51,751 bases of DNA, from positions 1 through 51,751 of the forward strand of contig JAYTHS010000553.1 of the NCBI GenBank assembly GCA_043732345.1, given 5' to 3'. A program made the translations under genes and the position numbers. Each line of letters starts with the position of its first letter. Within the stretch, counting starts at the first letter, position 1. The notes under the pieces were generated by a model that was given only the letters and a program-made list of their open reading frames with translations, made no database searches and was not told the origin of the DNA. Positions 10,381 to 18,907 of this stretch are shown here, one piece after another. Source of the stretch: Frankiales bacterium. GTDB lineage: Bacteria > Actinomycetota > Actinomycetes > Mycobacteriales > SCTD01.

Positions 10381-10943
10381 GTGGGCTCTTCCGGCAGGAG
10401 GGTCTGGACGAGGTGGGCGATGTCGGAGGCGACCTGCTCGGGGCGGCCGCCCGGCAGGACGAGGTGGCTGAAGGTCAGGCGGTTGACGACGTCGGCGACC
10501 AGCCGGACGTCGGCCGGCGGCAGGTCCGGCCACTGCTGGCACAAGTAGGTCGCGGTCCGCTCACGAGCCGTCCCCAGCAGCCCCTCGGCCCGGGTGGTGA
10601 GGAAGGGCAGCAGGGCGCCGGTGTCCTCGGTGAGGACCGCCTTGAGCAGTGGGTTGCGGGCGGCCTCCTGGAGCGTCCACAGCATGGCTGCAGCGACGGC
10701 CTGCGCCGGCGTCCCCTCGTGGCCCACCCGGGCCGCATCGGCACCGGCGGTCCAGCGGTCCGCCTCCCGGACCGCGAGGGCCTGTGCCAGCGCGTCCTTC
10801 GAGCCGAATTCGTAGTAGAGCGTCTGCCGGCTGACCCTGGCCGCCGCGGCGACATCAACCATCCGAGCGTGCTCCCACTGGCCGGCGACGGCGGCGTCGT
10901 ACGCCGCGTCGAGCAGGGCCTCTCGGGTCGTGACCATAGTCAC
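10377..10943 (-). CDS. TetR family transcriptional regulator
   Basis: N-terminal HTH ...ARMVDVAAAARVSRQTLYYEFGSKDAL... 4-nt overlap with the downstream ferritin-like gene. Confidence 0.9.
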   Translation of the reverse strand: MTMVTTREALLDAAYDAAVAGQWEHARMVDVAAAARVSRQTLYYEFGSKDALAQALAVREADRWTAGADAARVGHEGTPAQAVAAAMLWTLQEAARNPLLKAVLTEDTGALLPFLTTRAEGLLGTARERTATYLCQQWPDLPPADVRLVADVVNRLTFSHLVLPGGRPEQVASDIAHLVQTLLPEEPT

Positions 10944-10968
10944 ACTCTTGACGCGCGGGGCCTGCGTG

Positions 10969-11967
10969 TCAAGACACCCGAACGTGGCCTGTCAGAGCAG
11001 TACCTATCAGAGCGGCCAGCGTGGCAGCCCGCACCTCGGCGTCCTGGCTGTGGACGACCTGGAAGGCCGCCGCGCGCAGCAGGCGCTGTGCGGGGTGGTC
11101 CAGGCCCATGCCCCGACCACCGGCCGCCGTGACCGCCGCGAGCGCACAGGTCGTGGCGAGGGTGAGGGCGCGGGCCCGCAGCTCGAGCCGCTCGGGGACC
11201 CGCTCGGTGCGCTCGACGTGGTCGAGCAGGTGGTAGGCCCGCTCCCGGACTTCGAGGACGTGGTCGCGCAGCCCGGGCTCGTCGACGAGGTCGAGCGCGG
11301 CCAGGGCCACCCCGAACGTCGAGGGCTGCACGTTGGCGTTGCCGGCCCTGTCGTGGGCGCTCCAGGCGTCGTACGGCGCGACCCGCACGACCCGCTCGTC
11401 CAGCAGCAGGACCCGGTCGTAACGGACCGCGTGGGTCGACGTACCCGCCATCGAGGCCAGGTGGAGCGGGCCGGTGCTCGTCAGCACATCGGCTGTCAGC
11501 ACGCCAAAGACGACCTGCCCCGACTCCCGGGCCAGTCCCCCCACCATCACCAGGTCCAGCAGCGGCAGGCCGGTGCACCAGGGCTGGGGGCCGTCGAGCA
11601 GCCAGCCGCCGTCGACCCGCTCGGCGGTGACGCTGGGCCGGGAGGTCCGCAGGTTGCTCCAGGCCACCCCGCCCTGGGCCCGCCCGGCGCACAGGTCGGC
11701 CAGGTGAGCGTCGGCGAGGGCCACGTTGTCGGTGCTGACCAGGGACATCACGACCGGGCCGTGCTGGAACCACACGAACCACGCGTCCGGGCTCGCCCCG
11801 GCGACGTCCTCGGCGACCCGCCGCTGCTCGGCCGGGCTCGGCGCGTCGGGCCCGTAGACCCCGAGCAGCCCGTCGGCAGCCAGCTCGGCGACGACCTCCC
11901 GGGTGACCCCACCGGGCCGCTCGAGCTGCGCCGCCCGCTCGCGCAGGGACGCGACGAGGGCGCTCAT
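10969..11967 (-). CDS. acyl-CoA dehydrogenase-fold protein (short, 332 aa; paralog of 26665..27738)
   Basis: ACAD-like architecture. Shares blocks with the second copy: GGWLLDGPQPWCTG vs GGWQLDGHVGWMTSWG; PYDAWSAHDRA vs PYDDWLAADRA; AQRLLRAAAFQVV vs PQRHLREAAFLLV. 4-nt overlap with the upstream gene. Confidence 0.7.
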   Translation of the reverse strand: MSALVASLRERAAQLERPGGVTREVVAELAADGLLGVYGPDAPSPAEQRRVAEDVAGASPDAWFVWFQHGPVVMSLVSTDNVALADAHLADLCAGRAQGGVAWSNLRTSRPSVTAERVDGGWLLDGPQPWCTGLPLLDLVMVGGLARESGQVVFGVLTADVLTSTGPLHLASMAGTSTHAVRYDRVLLLDERVVRVAPYDAWSAHDRAGNANVQPSTFGVALAALDLVDEPGLRDHVLEVRERAYHLLDHVERTERVPERLELRARALTLATTCALAAVTAAGGRGMGLDHPAQRLLRAAAFQVVHSQDAEVRAATLAALIGTALTGHVRVS

Positions 11968-12947
11968 GCCCGCTCTCCGAGGACCCGGTAGAGGTCAGCG
12001 AAGATGCGGTCGCGGTCGACGTCCCACGCCTCGCGCAGCTGGGGCCTTCCTTCGGGGTGCTCCCAGCGCAGGTCCGACCCGAGGACCGGGGTCGGCTGCA
12101 GGTCGGAGGGCAGCAGCGTCGGGTCCAGCAGCCAGGCGACGCAGACGAGGTCCCAGATGACCTTGGAGAACCCTGGCCGTTCCGAGCCGGACATCCAGTG
12201 GTCGGCGAACGTGCTCCACAGATAGTCGCCGAGCGGCCCCTTGCCACGCACATGCGCCTCGAGCTCCAGCCGGCCGACGCGCAGCTCCTCTCCGACGTAG
12301 AAGCCGGGCACGTAGACCAGCGGCACCCCGCTGTCGAGCAGGACCCGGCTGGCGTGCAGGTCCCCCGTCAGGTTGTACGACGCGTTCGGGCGCGGCCACC
12401 AGGTCGGGTAGGCCGAGGTCCAGACAACGCAGATCCGCTCGCGGATGCTCGGGTCCTGCAGCACGGCGCTGGCCAGGTTGGTGGCCGCGCCGATGGCCAC
12501 GACGTACAGCGGGCCCTCGCGCTGCTCGTGGGCCAGGGCGACCAGGGCGTCGACGCCTTCGCTGTGGACCGGGGTCTGCTCGTCCACCATCCAGGACGGG
12601 CTCCCGGACCAGACCGGTACGTCGACACCGACCAGGTCGGCGATCTTGTGCAGCTCGCCGACCGAGAGCGCGACCCCCTGCTCGGGGCCGATGGTCTGCA
12701 CCCGCCGGTCGGTGAGGTCCTTGCTCGTCCGGTCGGCCATCGGGTCGACGTCGGCCCGGGCGTAGAGCTCCGGGCTGGACGCCCACGGGCAGGCGAGCAG
12801 CCCGCGGACACGAAGCCGGTCCGGCCGCAGCAGGGCCCACACGATCGCGAACTGGTCGTCGACCTCGTTGAGCACGTCGGTGTCGATGACGACGTCGACC
12901 GGGGCGGTCGTATCGGGCAGGGCGAGCAGGTCAAGGTGTCGCGTCAT
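11964..12947 (-). CDS. nucleoside hydrolase (inosine/uridine-preferring, IUNH family)
   Basis: N-terminal DxDxxxDD fingerprint VVIDTDVLNEVDDQFAI. Length 327 aa. Confidence 0.85.
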   Translation of the reverse strand: MTRHLDLLALPDTTAPVDVVIDTDVLNEVDDQFAIVWALLRPDRLRVRGLLACPWASSPELYARADVDPMADRTSKDLTDRRVQTIGPEQGVALSVGELHKIADLVGVDVPVWSGSPSWMVDEQTPVHSEGVDALVALAHEQREGPLYVVAIGAATNLASAVLQDPSIRERICVVWTSAYPTWWPRPNASYNLTGDLHASRVLLDSGVPLVYVPGFYVGEELRVGRLELEAHVRGKGPLGDYLWSTFADHWMSGSERPGFSKVIWDLVCVAWLLDPTLLPSDLQPTPVLGSDLRWEHPEGRPQLREAWDVDRDRIFADLYRVLGERA

Positions 12948-12990
12948 CGTCGGGTCATCCTCGGGTCATCCTCTGGTCATCCTCTGGTCA
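12944..12990. repeat. 11-bp tandem repeat (about 4 units) spanning the ABC-ATPase stop and nucleoside hydrolase start
   Basis: Plus strand: tcatcgtcggg tcatcctcggg tcatcctctgg tcatcctctgg tca. On the coding strand each unit reads (c)c(a/c)ga(g/c)gATGA, that is, SD-like GAGGA plus ATG/TGA. Confidence 0.85.
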
Positions 12991-14014
12991 GGGGCAGGAC
13001 GGTGCAGGCGCGGTTGGGCACCTCGACGGCGAGGCGGCCACCGGGCGTGAGGCCCGGCAGGTCGCTGGTCACCGCGTGCAGCAGGGTGCCGTCCGCGAGG
13101 CGCACGACGACGGCGGTGTGGGTGCCGAGGAAGCGGCTCTCGACCAAGGTGGCCGGCAGGGTCCCGGGGCCACCGGCGGACAGCCGGACCGCCTCCTGCC
13201 GGACGATGGCGACGGCCGGGCCGTCCGGCAGCTCCGTCCGAAGGGTCCCCGCGGGGCCGGTGAACACGCCTGCCGCGACGTGGCCGGACAGCTCGTTGCG
13301 GCCGCCGAAAAAGCGGGCGGCCCGCAGCGTGCGGGGGGACTCGTAGAACGTGCGGGGCGCCCCGAGCTGCTCGACCCGGCCGTCCAGGACGAGGGCGACC
13401 TGGTCGGACAGCCCGACCGCCTCCTCCTGGTCGTGGGTGACGAACAGCGTCGTCACCTCCAGTTGCTGCTGCAGGCCGCGGACCAGCTCGCGCATCTCGA
13501 CGCGTAGCCCCGCGTCGAGCTGCGAGAACGGCTCGTCGAGCAGCAGCACCTGGGGCTCGGTCACCAGCGCCCGGGCCAGCGCGACCCGCTGCTCCTGCCC
13601 ACCGGACATCTCCCCGACCTGACGGTCGGCGAGCTCGGACAGCCGCACCAGGGACAACATCCGGGCCACCCGCTCCCGTCGCGCCGGCTTGTCGACCTTC
13701 TGCATCCGCAACCCGAAGGCGACGTTGTCGCCGACGCTCAGGTGCGGGAACAGCAGCGGCTTCTGGAAGACCATTGCCACCGGACGGCGCTCGGCGGCCA
13801 GGTGCAGCATCGACTCCCCGCCGAACAGCACGTCCCCGGCGTCGACGGGCAGCAGGCCGGCGACCATCCGCAGCGTCGTGGTCTTGCCGCACCCGGAGGG
13901 CCCCAGCAGCGCCGTCAGGCTGCCAGCCGGTACCTCCAGGTCGATCCCGTCGACGACGGTGCTGTCGCCGTACCGCTTGGTGAGACCGCGCAGGGCGACG
14001 GCGGTGGCGGTCAC
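12977..14014 (-). CDS. ABC transporter ATP-binding protein (PotA/CysA/FbpC-like importer ATPase with C-terminal TOBE-like domain)
   Basis: ORF 12977..14737, start re-set to GTG 14014 (VTATAVALRGLTKRYG), overlapping the permease stop as GTGA. Walker A GPSGCGKTT, signature MSGGQEQR, Walker B LLLDEPFS. Confidence 0.9.
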   Translation of the reverse strand: MTATAVALRGLTKRYGDSTVVDGIDLEVPAGSLTALLGPSGCGKTTTLRMVAGLLPVDAGDVLFGGESMLHLAAERRPVAMVFQKPLLFPHLSVGDNVAFGLRMQKVDKPARRERVARMLSLVRLSELADRQVGEMSGGQEQRVALARALVTEPQVLLLDEPFSQLDAGLRVEMRELVRGLQQQLEVTTLFVTHDQEEAVGLSDQVALVLDGRVEQLGAPRTFYESPRTLRAARFFGGRNELSGHVAAGVFTGPAGTLRTELPDGPAVAIVRQEAVRLSAGGPGTLPATLVESRFLGTHTAVVVRLADGTLLHAVTSDLPGLTPGGRLAVEVPNRACTVLPLTRG

Positions 14015-14805
14015 AGCCGGCCGAACCCGACGGCGGCGTTGCTCGAGCCGGTGAGGAAGCGCGAGGTCAGGCCGACCAGGACGAACGGCGGCAGGACGAA
14101 CAGCACGGCCAGCGCCGCCGCCTCGTTGAGGTCGGAGGACCCGATGTAGGCGAACAGCAGCAGCGGGAGTGTCTTCACGGTCCCACCACCGATGAGCAGG
14201 GTCAGCACGTACTCGCTCCAGGAGATGAGGAAGGCGAAGAAACCGGCGACGACGAGGGGCGCCCGGATCGCGGGCAGGGTTACGTGCCAGAACGTGCGCA
14301 GTGGACCGGCGCCGAGGCTGCGCGCCTGTTCCTCGTAGCCGAGCTCGAAGTTGGCGAACGCGCTGCCCAGCACCAGGGTGACGTACGGGATCGTCGGCAC
14401 GAGCTGCACCAGCACGACGCCCGGGACGGTGCCCGACAGGTGGTAACGCAAGAAGAAGACCTGGATCCCGAGGGTGACCGCGAGGCTCGGCACGATCGCG
14501 GGGGCGAGCAGGACGAACTGCACGAGCCGCTTGCCGCGGAAGCTGTAGAGCCCGAGCGCCCGCCCGGCCGACAGCCCAACCAGGCACGCCAGCACCGAGA
14601 TGGTCGCCCCCAGGGCCAGCGAGGTCCCGAGCCCGGTGAGCACCTCCGACGACGGGTCGACCAGCAGCCGCAGTCCCCGGGCGCTCGCCCGCTGGGGCAC
14701 CAGGGCGGGGTAGCGCCACTGCCCGCTGCCAGCCCACACCAGTAGGGGGACGAACGGCAGCAGCAGCCCCAGCACCAGCAGCGAGGTGCCCACGGAGCGC
14801 CTCAC
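14011..14805 (-). CDS. ABC transporter permease (BPD_transp_1)
   Basis: ORF 14011..15501, start re-set to GTG 14805, overlapping the upstream permease stop as GTGA. EAA loop EEQARSLGAGPLRTFWHVTLP. Multiple TM helices. Confidence 0.85.
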   Translation of the reverse strand: MRRSVGTSLLVLGLLLPFVPLLVWAGSGQWRYPALVPQRASARGLRLLVDPSSEVLTGLGTSLALGATISVLACLVGLSAGRALGLYSFRGKRLVQFVLLAPAIVPSLAVTLGIQVFFLRYHLSGTVPGVVLVQLVPTIPYVTLVLGSAFANFELGYEEQARSLGAGPLRTFWHVTLPAIRAPLVVAGFFAFLISWSEYVLTLLIGGGTVKTLPLLLFAYIGSSDLNEAAALAVLFVLPPFVLVGLTSRFLTGSSNAAVGFGRL

Positions 14806-15602
14806 GTGCGCCGCACCCGCTGGCTCAGCGTGAAGTAGACCGCAACCAGAGCTCCTACGAGCAGGGCGATCACGACGCTGATGGCCATCGCCTCGGGGCG
14901 GCTCTGCAGATCGACGTCGGTGTAGTACTGGTAGGCGACGACCGGGAGGGTCGCCGGGTAGGGCCGGCCGAGCAGGAACGGCACCTCGTAGGACCCGAAG
15001 CTGAAGGCGAAGACCAGGATCGACGTCGACAGCACCCCGGGCGTGATCACCGGGACGACGACGTGGCGCAACCGGGCCCAGGGGCCGGCGCCAAGGGATC
15101 GAGCCGCGTCCTCGAGGTCGCTGACGCCACGGCCCAGGGCCGACAGGACGACGACGCCGATGAACGGCGCCTCCTTCCAGACGTACTCCGCGAGCAGGCC
15201 CAGGCCGTACCTGTCGTTGGTGATCTCGGGGAAGTCCTGTGTCCCCGCGGTGAGCCCGACGGCGTGGCCCAGCCGCGACAAGGCGCCGCCCTGGGCCAGC
15301 AGGAGCAGCATCGCGAGGGCACCGACCAGGTGCGGGACGGGCAGCGTGCTCTGGAAGACCGCCGACAGCAGGCGCTTCCCGCGCCGGGTCGACCGGACGA
15401 GCAGGGCGCCCCCAACCCCCAACACCTGCGACAGCAGGGTGGCCAGCAGGGCCGTGCGGAACGTCAGGATGAACGACGCCTGCACGGCCTTGTCCTGCCA
15501 CAGCGCGGCGTAGGCGTCACCGCTCCAGTGCCAGCCCGGCAGGAAGGGCAGGTAGCCGAAGCTCTGCGCGACTCCTTCGCCGAGCCCGCCGAGGAAGAGC
15601 AC
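14802..15602 (-). CDS. ABC transporter permease (BPD_transp_1); the true N-terminus is probably ~15 codons longer
   Basis: EAA loop EDAARSLGAGPWARLRHVVVP. In-frame upstream sequence encodes ...RGLPRGLRIGLLLSPALLVIT, a TM1-like helix, but contains no ATG/GTG/TTG. Confidence 0.85.
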   Translation of the reverse strand: MLFLGGLGEGVAQSFGYLPFLPGWHWSGDAYAALWQDKAVQASFILTFRTALLATLLSQVLGVGGALLVRSTRRGKRLLSAVFQSTLPVPHLVGALAMLLLLAQGGALSRLGHAVGLTAGTQDFPEITNDRYGLGLLAEYVWKEAPFIGVVVLSALGRGVSDLEDAARSLGAGPWARLRHVVVPVITPGVLSTSILVFAFSFGSYEVPFLLGRPYPATLPVVAYQYYTDVDLQSRPEAMAISVVIALLVGALVAVYFTLSQRVRRT

Positions 15603-15669
15603 CGTGATGACGAGCAGTGCCGGCGACAGCAGCAGGCCGATGCGCAGCCCGCGCGGGAGCCCTCGAGTG

Positions 15670-16968
15670 CTACTTCTGGAGGACGTTGGTCTTCCAGCCC
15701 TTCTCGATCGAGGTGACGTAGGTGCTGGTCAGCTCGGGCTGGGCGTGCGCGGTGAGCGCGGCGAGCGGCAGGACCGACGGGCTGGTGCTCACAGTCTTGA
15801 ACGCCGCCTGCTGGGTCGCCTCCAGCTTGGTGATGTCGATCGCCGGGAAGACGCCCTCCTTGGTGTAGAGCTCCAGCTGCGACGCCGAGTCGAGCAGGAC
15901 GTTCGCGAGGACCTCGGCGGCGGCCTTGTGGGGGCTGGTCTTGGGGATGGCCACGAACGAGTAGTTGCTGATGTTGCCGACGGAGAGCACCGCCTCGCGG
16001 GTCGTCGCGGGGAACGTCCCCTTCTTCACCGAGTCACCGACGGCGCCCGGGCCGTAGGTGAGGAAGGCGCTGATCTCTCCGTTGGCGTAGAGCTTCTCGA
16101 CGTCGGTCTGCCCGGCCGGGTAGGTCGACCCCTTCTTGTACAGCGAGGGCGCCAGCTCGTTGAGGCGCTTCCAGAGCTTGTCCGCAGCCGGCGTGTACTT
16201 GGCCTTGTCGAAGTCGCCCGCGAAGTTCGCCGCCCCACCGTTGGTGTCGTAGAAGAACGTGCGCACGGCCATCGAGCCCGTGAAGTCCGGCGGGGCTGGG
16301 TAGGTGAATCGCCCCGGGTGCGCCTTGGCCCAGGCGAACAGCGAGGTGACGCTCGTGACGTCAGCCGCGGTGACCTTGCTGCTGTCGTAGACCAGCGCGC
16401 TGTTGGCCTGCTGCCAAACCGACTCGCAGCCCTCGACGGGCAGGCCGAAGTCGTTGGCCACTGCGGGCAGGGTTAGGTCGACGTTCTTGGTATTGGGCAG
16501 GGACGACGGGTAGCCACACTCCCAGAGGTCGGCCTGCTTGCCGGTCGCGAAATTCTCTCCGTTGATCCAGATCGCATCGACCGAGCTTGGCGTACCGGCC
16601 TGCTTGTCGGCCAGGACCTTGTTCACCGCCGTGACCGTGTCGGTGATCTTCACCTGGTTCAGGGTGACCCCGAGCGCCGCTAGCTTGGGCTTTACGTAGC
16701 CGTTGACGAACGTGTTAAGGGTGTCATCGCCGCCGTACATGTACCAGTTGACGGTCTGACCCTTGGCGGCCTTCAGTGTCGCGGCGAAGTCGGCGCCGCC
16801 CGTCGCTGCGGAGGAGGACGGGCCAGGGGCGGCTGCCTTCGTCGAGCCGGACGATCCGCACGCCGACAGTGCGAGGGCAGACAGGGCGGCGACAGACAGG
16901 GCACGGGCAGGGCGCGACGACAGCACGGACGGCTCCAGTGATAGGGGTGGCGGCACAGAGACTGCCAT
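15670..16968 (-). CDS. ABC transporter substrate-binding lipoprotein
   Basis: ORF 15670..18336 is a 888-aa artefact. The real start is ATG 16968 (MAVSVPPPL...ALSALALSAC lipobox), preceded by AACGGAGGTGC (strong SD). The mature protein is a typical family-1 SBP (WYMYGGDD...WINGENF...). Confidence 0.85.
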   Translation of the reverse strand: MAVSVPPPLSLEPSVLSSRPARALSVAALSALALSACGSSGSTKAAAPGPSSSAATGGADFAATLKAAKGQTVNWYMYGGDDTLNTFVNGYVKPKLAALGVTLNQVKITDTVTAVNKVLADKQAGTPSSVDAIWINGENFATGKQADLWECGYPSSLPNTKNVDLTLPAVANDFGLPVEGCESVWQQANSALVYDSSKVTAADVTSVTSLFAWAKAHPGRFTYPAPPDFTGSMAVRTFFYDTNGGAANFAGDFDKAKYTPAADKLWKRLNELAPSLYKKGSTYPAGQTDVEKLYANGEISAFLTYGPGAVGDSVKKGTFPATTREAVLSVGNISNYSFVAIPKTSPHKAAAEVLANVLLDSASQLELYTKEGVFPAIDITKLEATQQAAFKTVSTSPSVLPLAALTAHAQPELTSTYVTSIEKGWKTNVLQK

Positions 16969-17028
16969 GCACCTCCGTTTGTCGCCGCATCGGGTCGCAC
17001 AAAGGGCAGTGCATGACACGATGCCGTC

Positions 17029-18570
17029 GTGGACCACGACCTCGACGACCGGCCGGGCGACCCGGTCGTCGTCCAGACCTGGCTGGGGGCGCCGGCCCTG
17101 TCCTACGCCCGCCGGCCCGCCACCGTGGTCGACGCCCTGGATCGGGCGGTCCGCCTGCACGGGCACCGACCCGGCTGGGTGGACGGGCAGGTCCGCCTCA
17201 CGTGGTCGCAGTTCGCCGACCGGGTTGAGCGGGCCGCGGCGTCGCTGCGCGCCCGTGGGCTGCAGCCCGGGCAGGCGGTGGCGGTGGCCTCCGGCAACAC
17301 CCTCGACCTCGCCGTGCTGCTGCTGGCCTGTGCCCGAGCCGGCCTGGTCATGGTGGGGCTCAACACCCGCCTCGCACCACCTCAGTGGGCCTACATGGTC
17401 GAGCACACCTCGGCCCGTCTCCTGCTGGCCAGCAGGACCTTCCAGGACGCGCTCGCAGGTTCGGAGCTGCTCGGGAGCGTACTGACGGAGGCACCCGCGG
17501 CGCCGTGGGTGGCCGGTCCGTCCGGGCTCGCCGAGGACGCGACGTTCGCCGTGGTCTTCACCTCGGGCACCACGGGTCGGCCCAAGGCCTCGCAGGTCGT
17601 GCACCGGGCGTCGGTCCACTCGGGCATGAGCTACCAGCGGGTGCTCGGCCTGCAGAACCACGACGTCACCGCCGTGCTGTTCCCGATGTACTACATCAGT
17701 GCCCTGCACGCGCACGTCCTGCCGGCGATGCTCTCGGGCGCCAGCCTGGTCCTCGTCGACACGCAGTCCCCGCGGGACTACGTCGCCCTGCTCCGTGACG
17801 AGCGGGTGTCGTGGGCGTACGCCGTCCCCTCGTGGTGGCGCCTGGCGCTCCGGGCACGGCTCTGCGACCTGCCTCACCTCACCCGGCTCGCAGCCGGAGG
17901 CGCGCCCTTCCCCGTCGACCTGCAGGAGTCGCTCCGGCGAGCGCTGCCCGGGGTCCGGCTGCACGACGTGTACGGCCTGAGCGAGACCCACTCGCCGGGC
18001 TGCATCCTGCTCGACGAGCAGTTCGCCGACCACCCGGGAACGGTTGGGCGCACCCTGCCCTGCATGGAGGCGGAGGTCCGCGACGAGGCCGGGAACGCCG
18101 TCCCGACGGACCGTCCCGGTGAGCTGTGGCTGCGCGGGTCGCTCGTGACGACGGGCTACGCCGGCGATCCCGATGCGACCGCCGCCGCCATCGTGGACGG
18201 GTGGTTCGACACCGGCGACGTCGCCCGCCGCTGCCCACACGGCTTCGTGACCGTCCTGGACCGCAGCAAGGACATGATCAACCGGGGCGGGACGAAGGTC
18301 TTCAGCGCCGAGGTCGAGCAGCTCCTGCGCGAACACCCCTCGATCGAGGACGCCGCGGTCGTTGGCGTGCCCGACGCGGTGGGCGGCGAGGCGATCGCGG
18401 CCTACCTCGTCGTGTCCGGTCCCGTCACCACCTCAGAGGTCCGCGGCTGGGTGCGGGCGGGGATGGCCGAGCACGCGGCCCCCAAGCTCGTCGAGATCCT
18501 CGACGAGCTCCCCCGCAACGCGGTCGGCAAGGTCGACAAGCCCTCCCTGCGGGCTCGGCACCGGCCCTGA
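17029..18570 (+). CDS. AMP-dependent synthetase/ligase (acyl-CoA synthetase, FadD-like)
   Basis: AMP-binding motifs VVFTSGTTGRPKA, GWFDTGD, INRGGTKV, and the C-terminal PRNAVGKVDK. Divergent from the SBP across 60 bp. Confidence 0.85.
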   Translation: MDHDLDDRPGDPVVVQTWLGAPALSYARRPATVVDALDRAVRLHGHRPGWVDGQVRLTWSQFADRVERAAASLRARGLQPGQAVAVASGNTLDLAVLLLACARAGLVMVGLNTRLAPPQWAYMVEHTSARLLLASRTFQDALAGSELLGSVLTEAPAAPWVAGPSGLAEDATFAVVFTSGTTGRPKASQVVHRASVHSGMSYQRVLGLQNHDVTAVLFPMYYISALHAHVLPAMLSGASLVLVDTQSPRDYVALLRDERVSWAYAVPSWWRLALRARLCDLPHLTRLAAGGAPFPVDLQESLRRALPGVRLHDVYGLSETHSPGCILLDEQFADHPGTVGRTLPCMEAEVRDEAGNAVPTDRPGELWLRGSLVTTGYAGDPDATAAAIVDGWFDTGDVARRCPHGFVTVLDRSKDMINRGGTKVFSAEVEQLLREHPSIEDAAVVGVPDAVGGEAIAAYLVVSGPVTTSEVRGWVRAGMAEHAAPKLVEILDELPRNAVGKVDKPSLRARHRP

Positions 18571-18580
18571 GCGGTCCCGA

Positions 18581-18907
18581 TCAGCAGGGCTTGACCTTGG
18601 CGATCTCGGCGGCGTGCTCTGCCATGCCGGCCACCCGCTCGGCGAGCAGAGCCAGCGTCCGGGGCCGCAGCAGGTAGACGGTGACCCGCTCGCAGACCGT
18701 GGAGGTGACCAGACCCGCGTCGCGCAGCACCTTCAGGTGGTGGGAGACCAGCGGCTGCGACATGCCGAGCTCCTCGACGAGGCCGCGTTGCGAGCGGTAC
18801 TTCTTCTCCAGCAACCGGACGATCTCGGCCCGACGCGGCTCGGCGAGGGCCGCAAGGACGGCGTGGGTGTCGATGCTGCGGCTCGCCGCACCGGCGGGAG
18901 CAGACAT
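18581..18907 (-). CDS. ArsR/SmtB family transcriptional regulator
   Basis: wHTH ...RRAEIVRLL....LVEELGMSQPLVSHHLKVLRDAGLV... Confidence 0.9.
   Translation of the reverse strand: MSAPAGAASRSIDTHAVLAALAEPRRAEIVRLLEKKYRSQRGLVEELGMSQPLVSHHLKVLRDAGLVTSTVCERVTVYLLRPRTLALLAERVAGMAEHAAEIAKVKPC

Noticed and set aside
9409-12253. Long ORFs 9409..10548(+), 10338..11132(+), 10930..11991(+), 10940..12253(-), 11995..12840(-), 12057..13346(+)
   Set aside because: These are alternative-frame or antisense shadows of the ferritin-like, TetR, ACAD-like and nucleoside hydrolase genes. They have R/P/G-rich composition and no motifs, whereas the chosen frames carry diagnostic motifs and 4-nt coupling.
16969-17028. 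Possible riboswitch (for example TPP) in front of the ABC importer
   Set aside because: The leader is only 60 nt and contains none of the conserved TPP or other riboswitch blocks I know. A plain SD (GGAGG) precedes the start.
15670-18336. 888-aa ORF, and similar giant N-terminal extensions (12977..14737, 14011..15501, 22029..23558, 33369..34622, 34100..36400, 39756..41795, 45985..47760)
   Set aside because: These are stop-codon-poor high-GC artefacts. The extensions run through neighbouring genes or antisense to them. The real starts are fixed by lipobox or signal peptides, SD sequences, ATGA/GTGA overlaps and homology-consistent N-termini.
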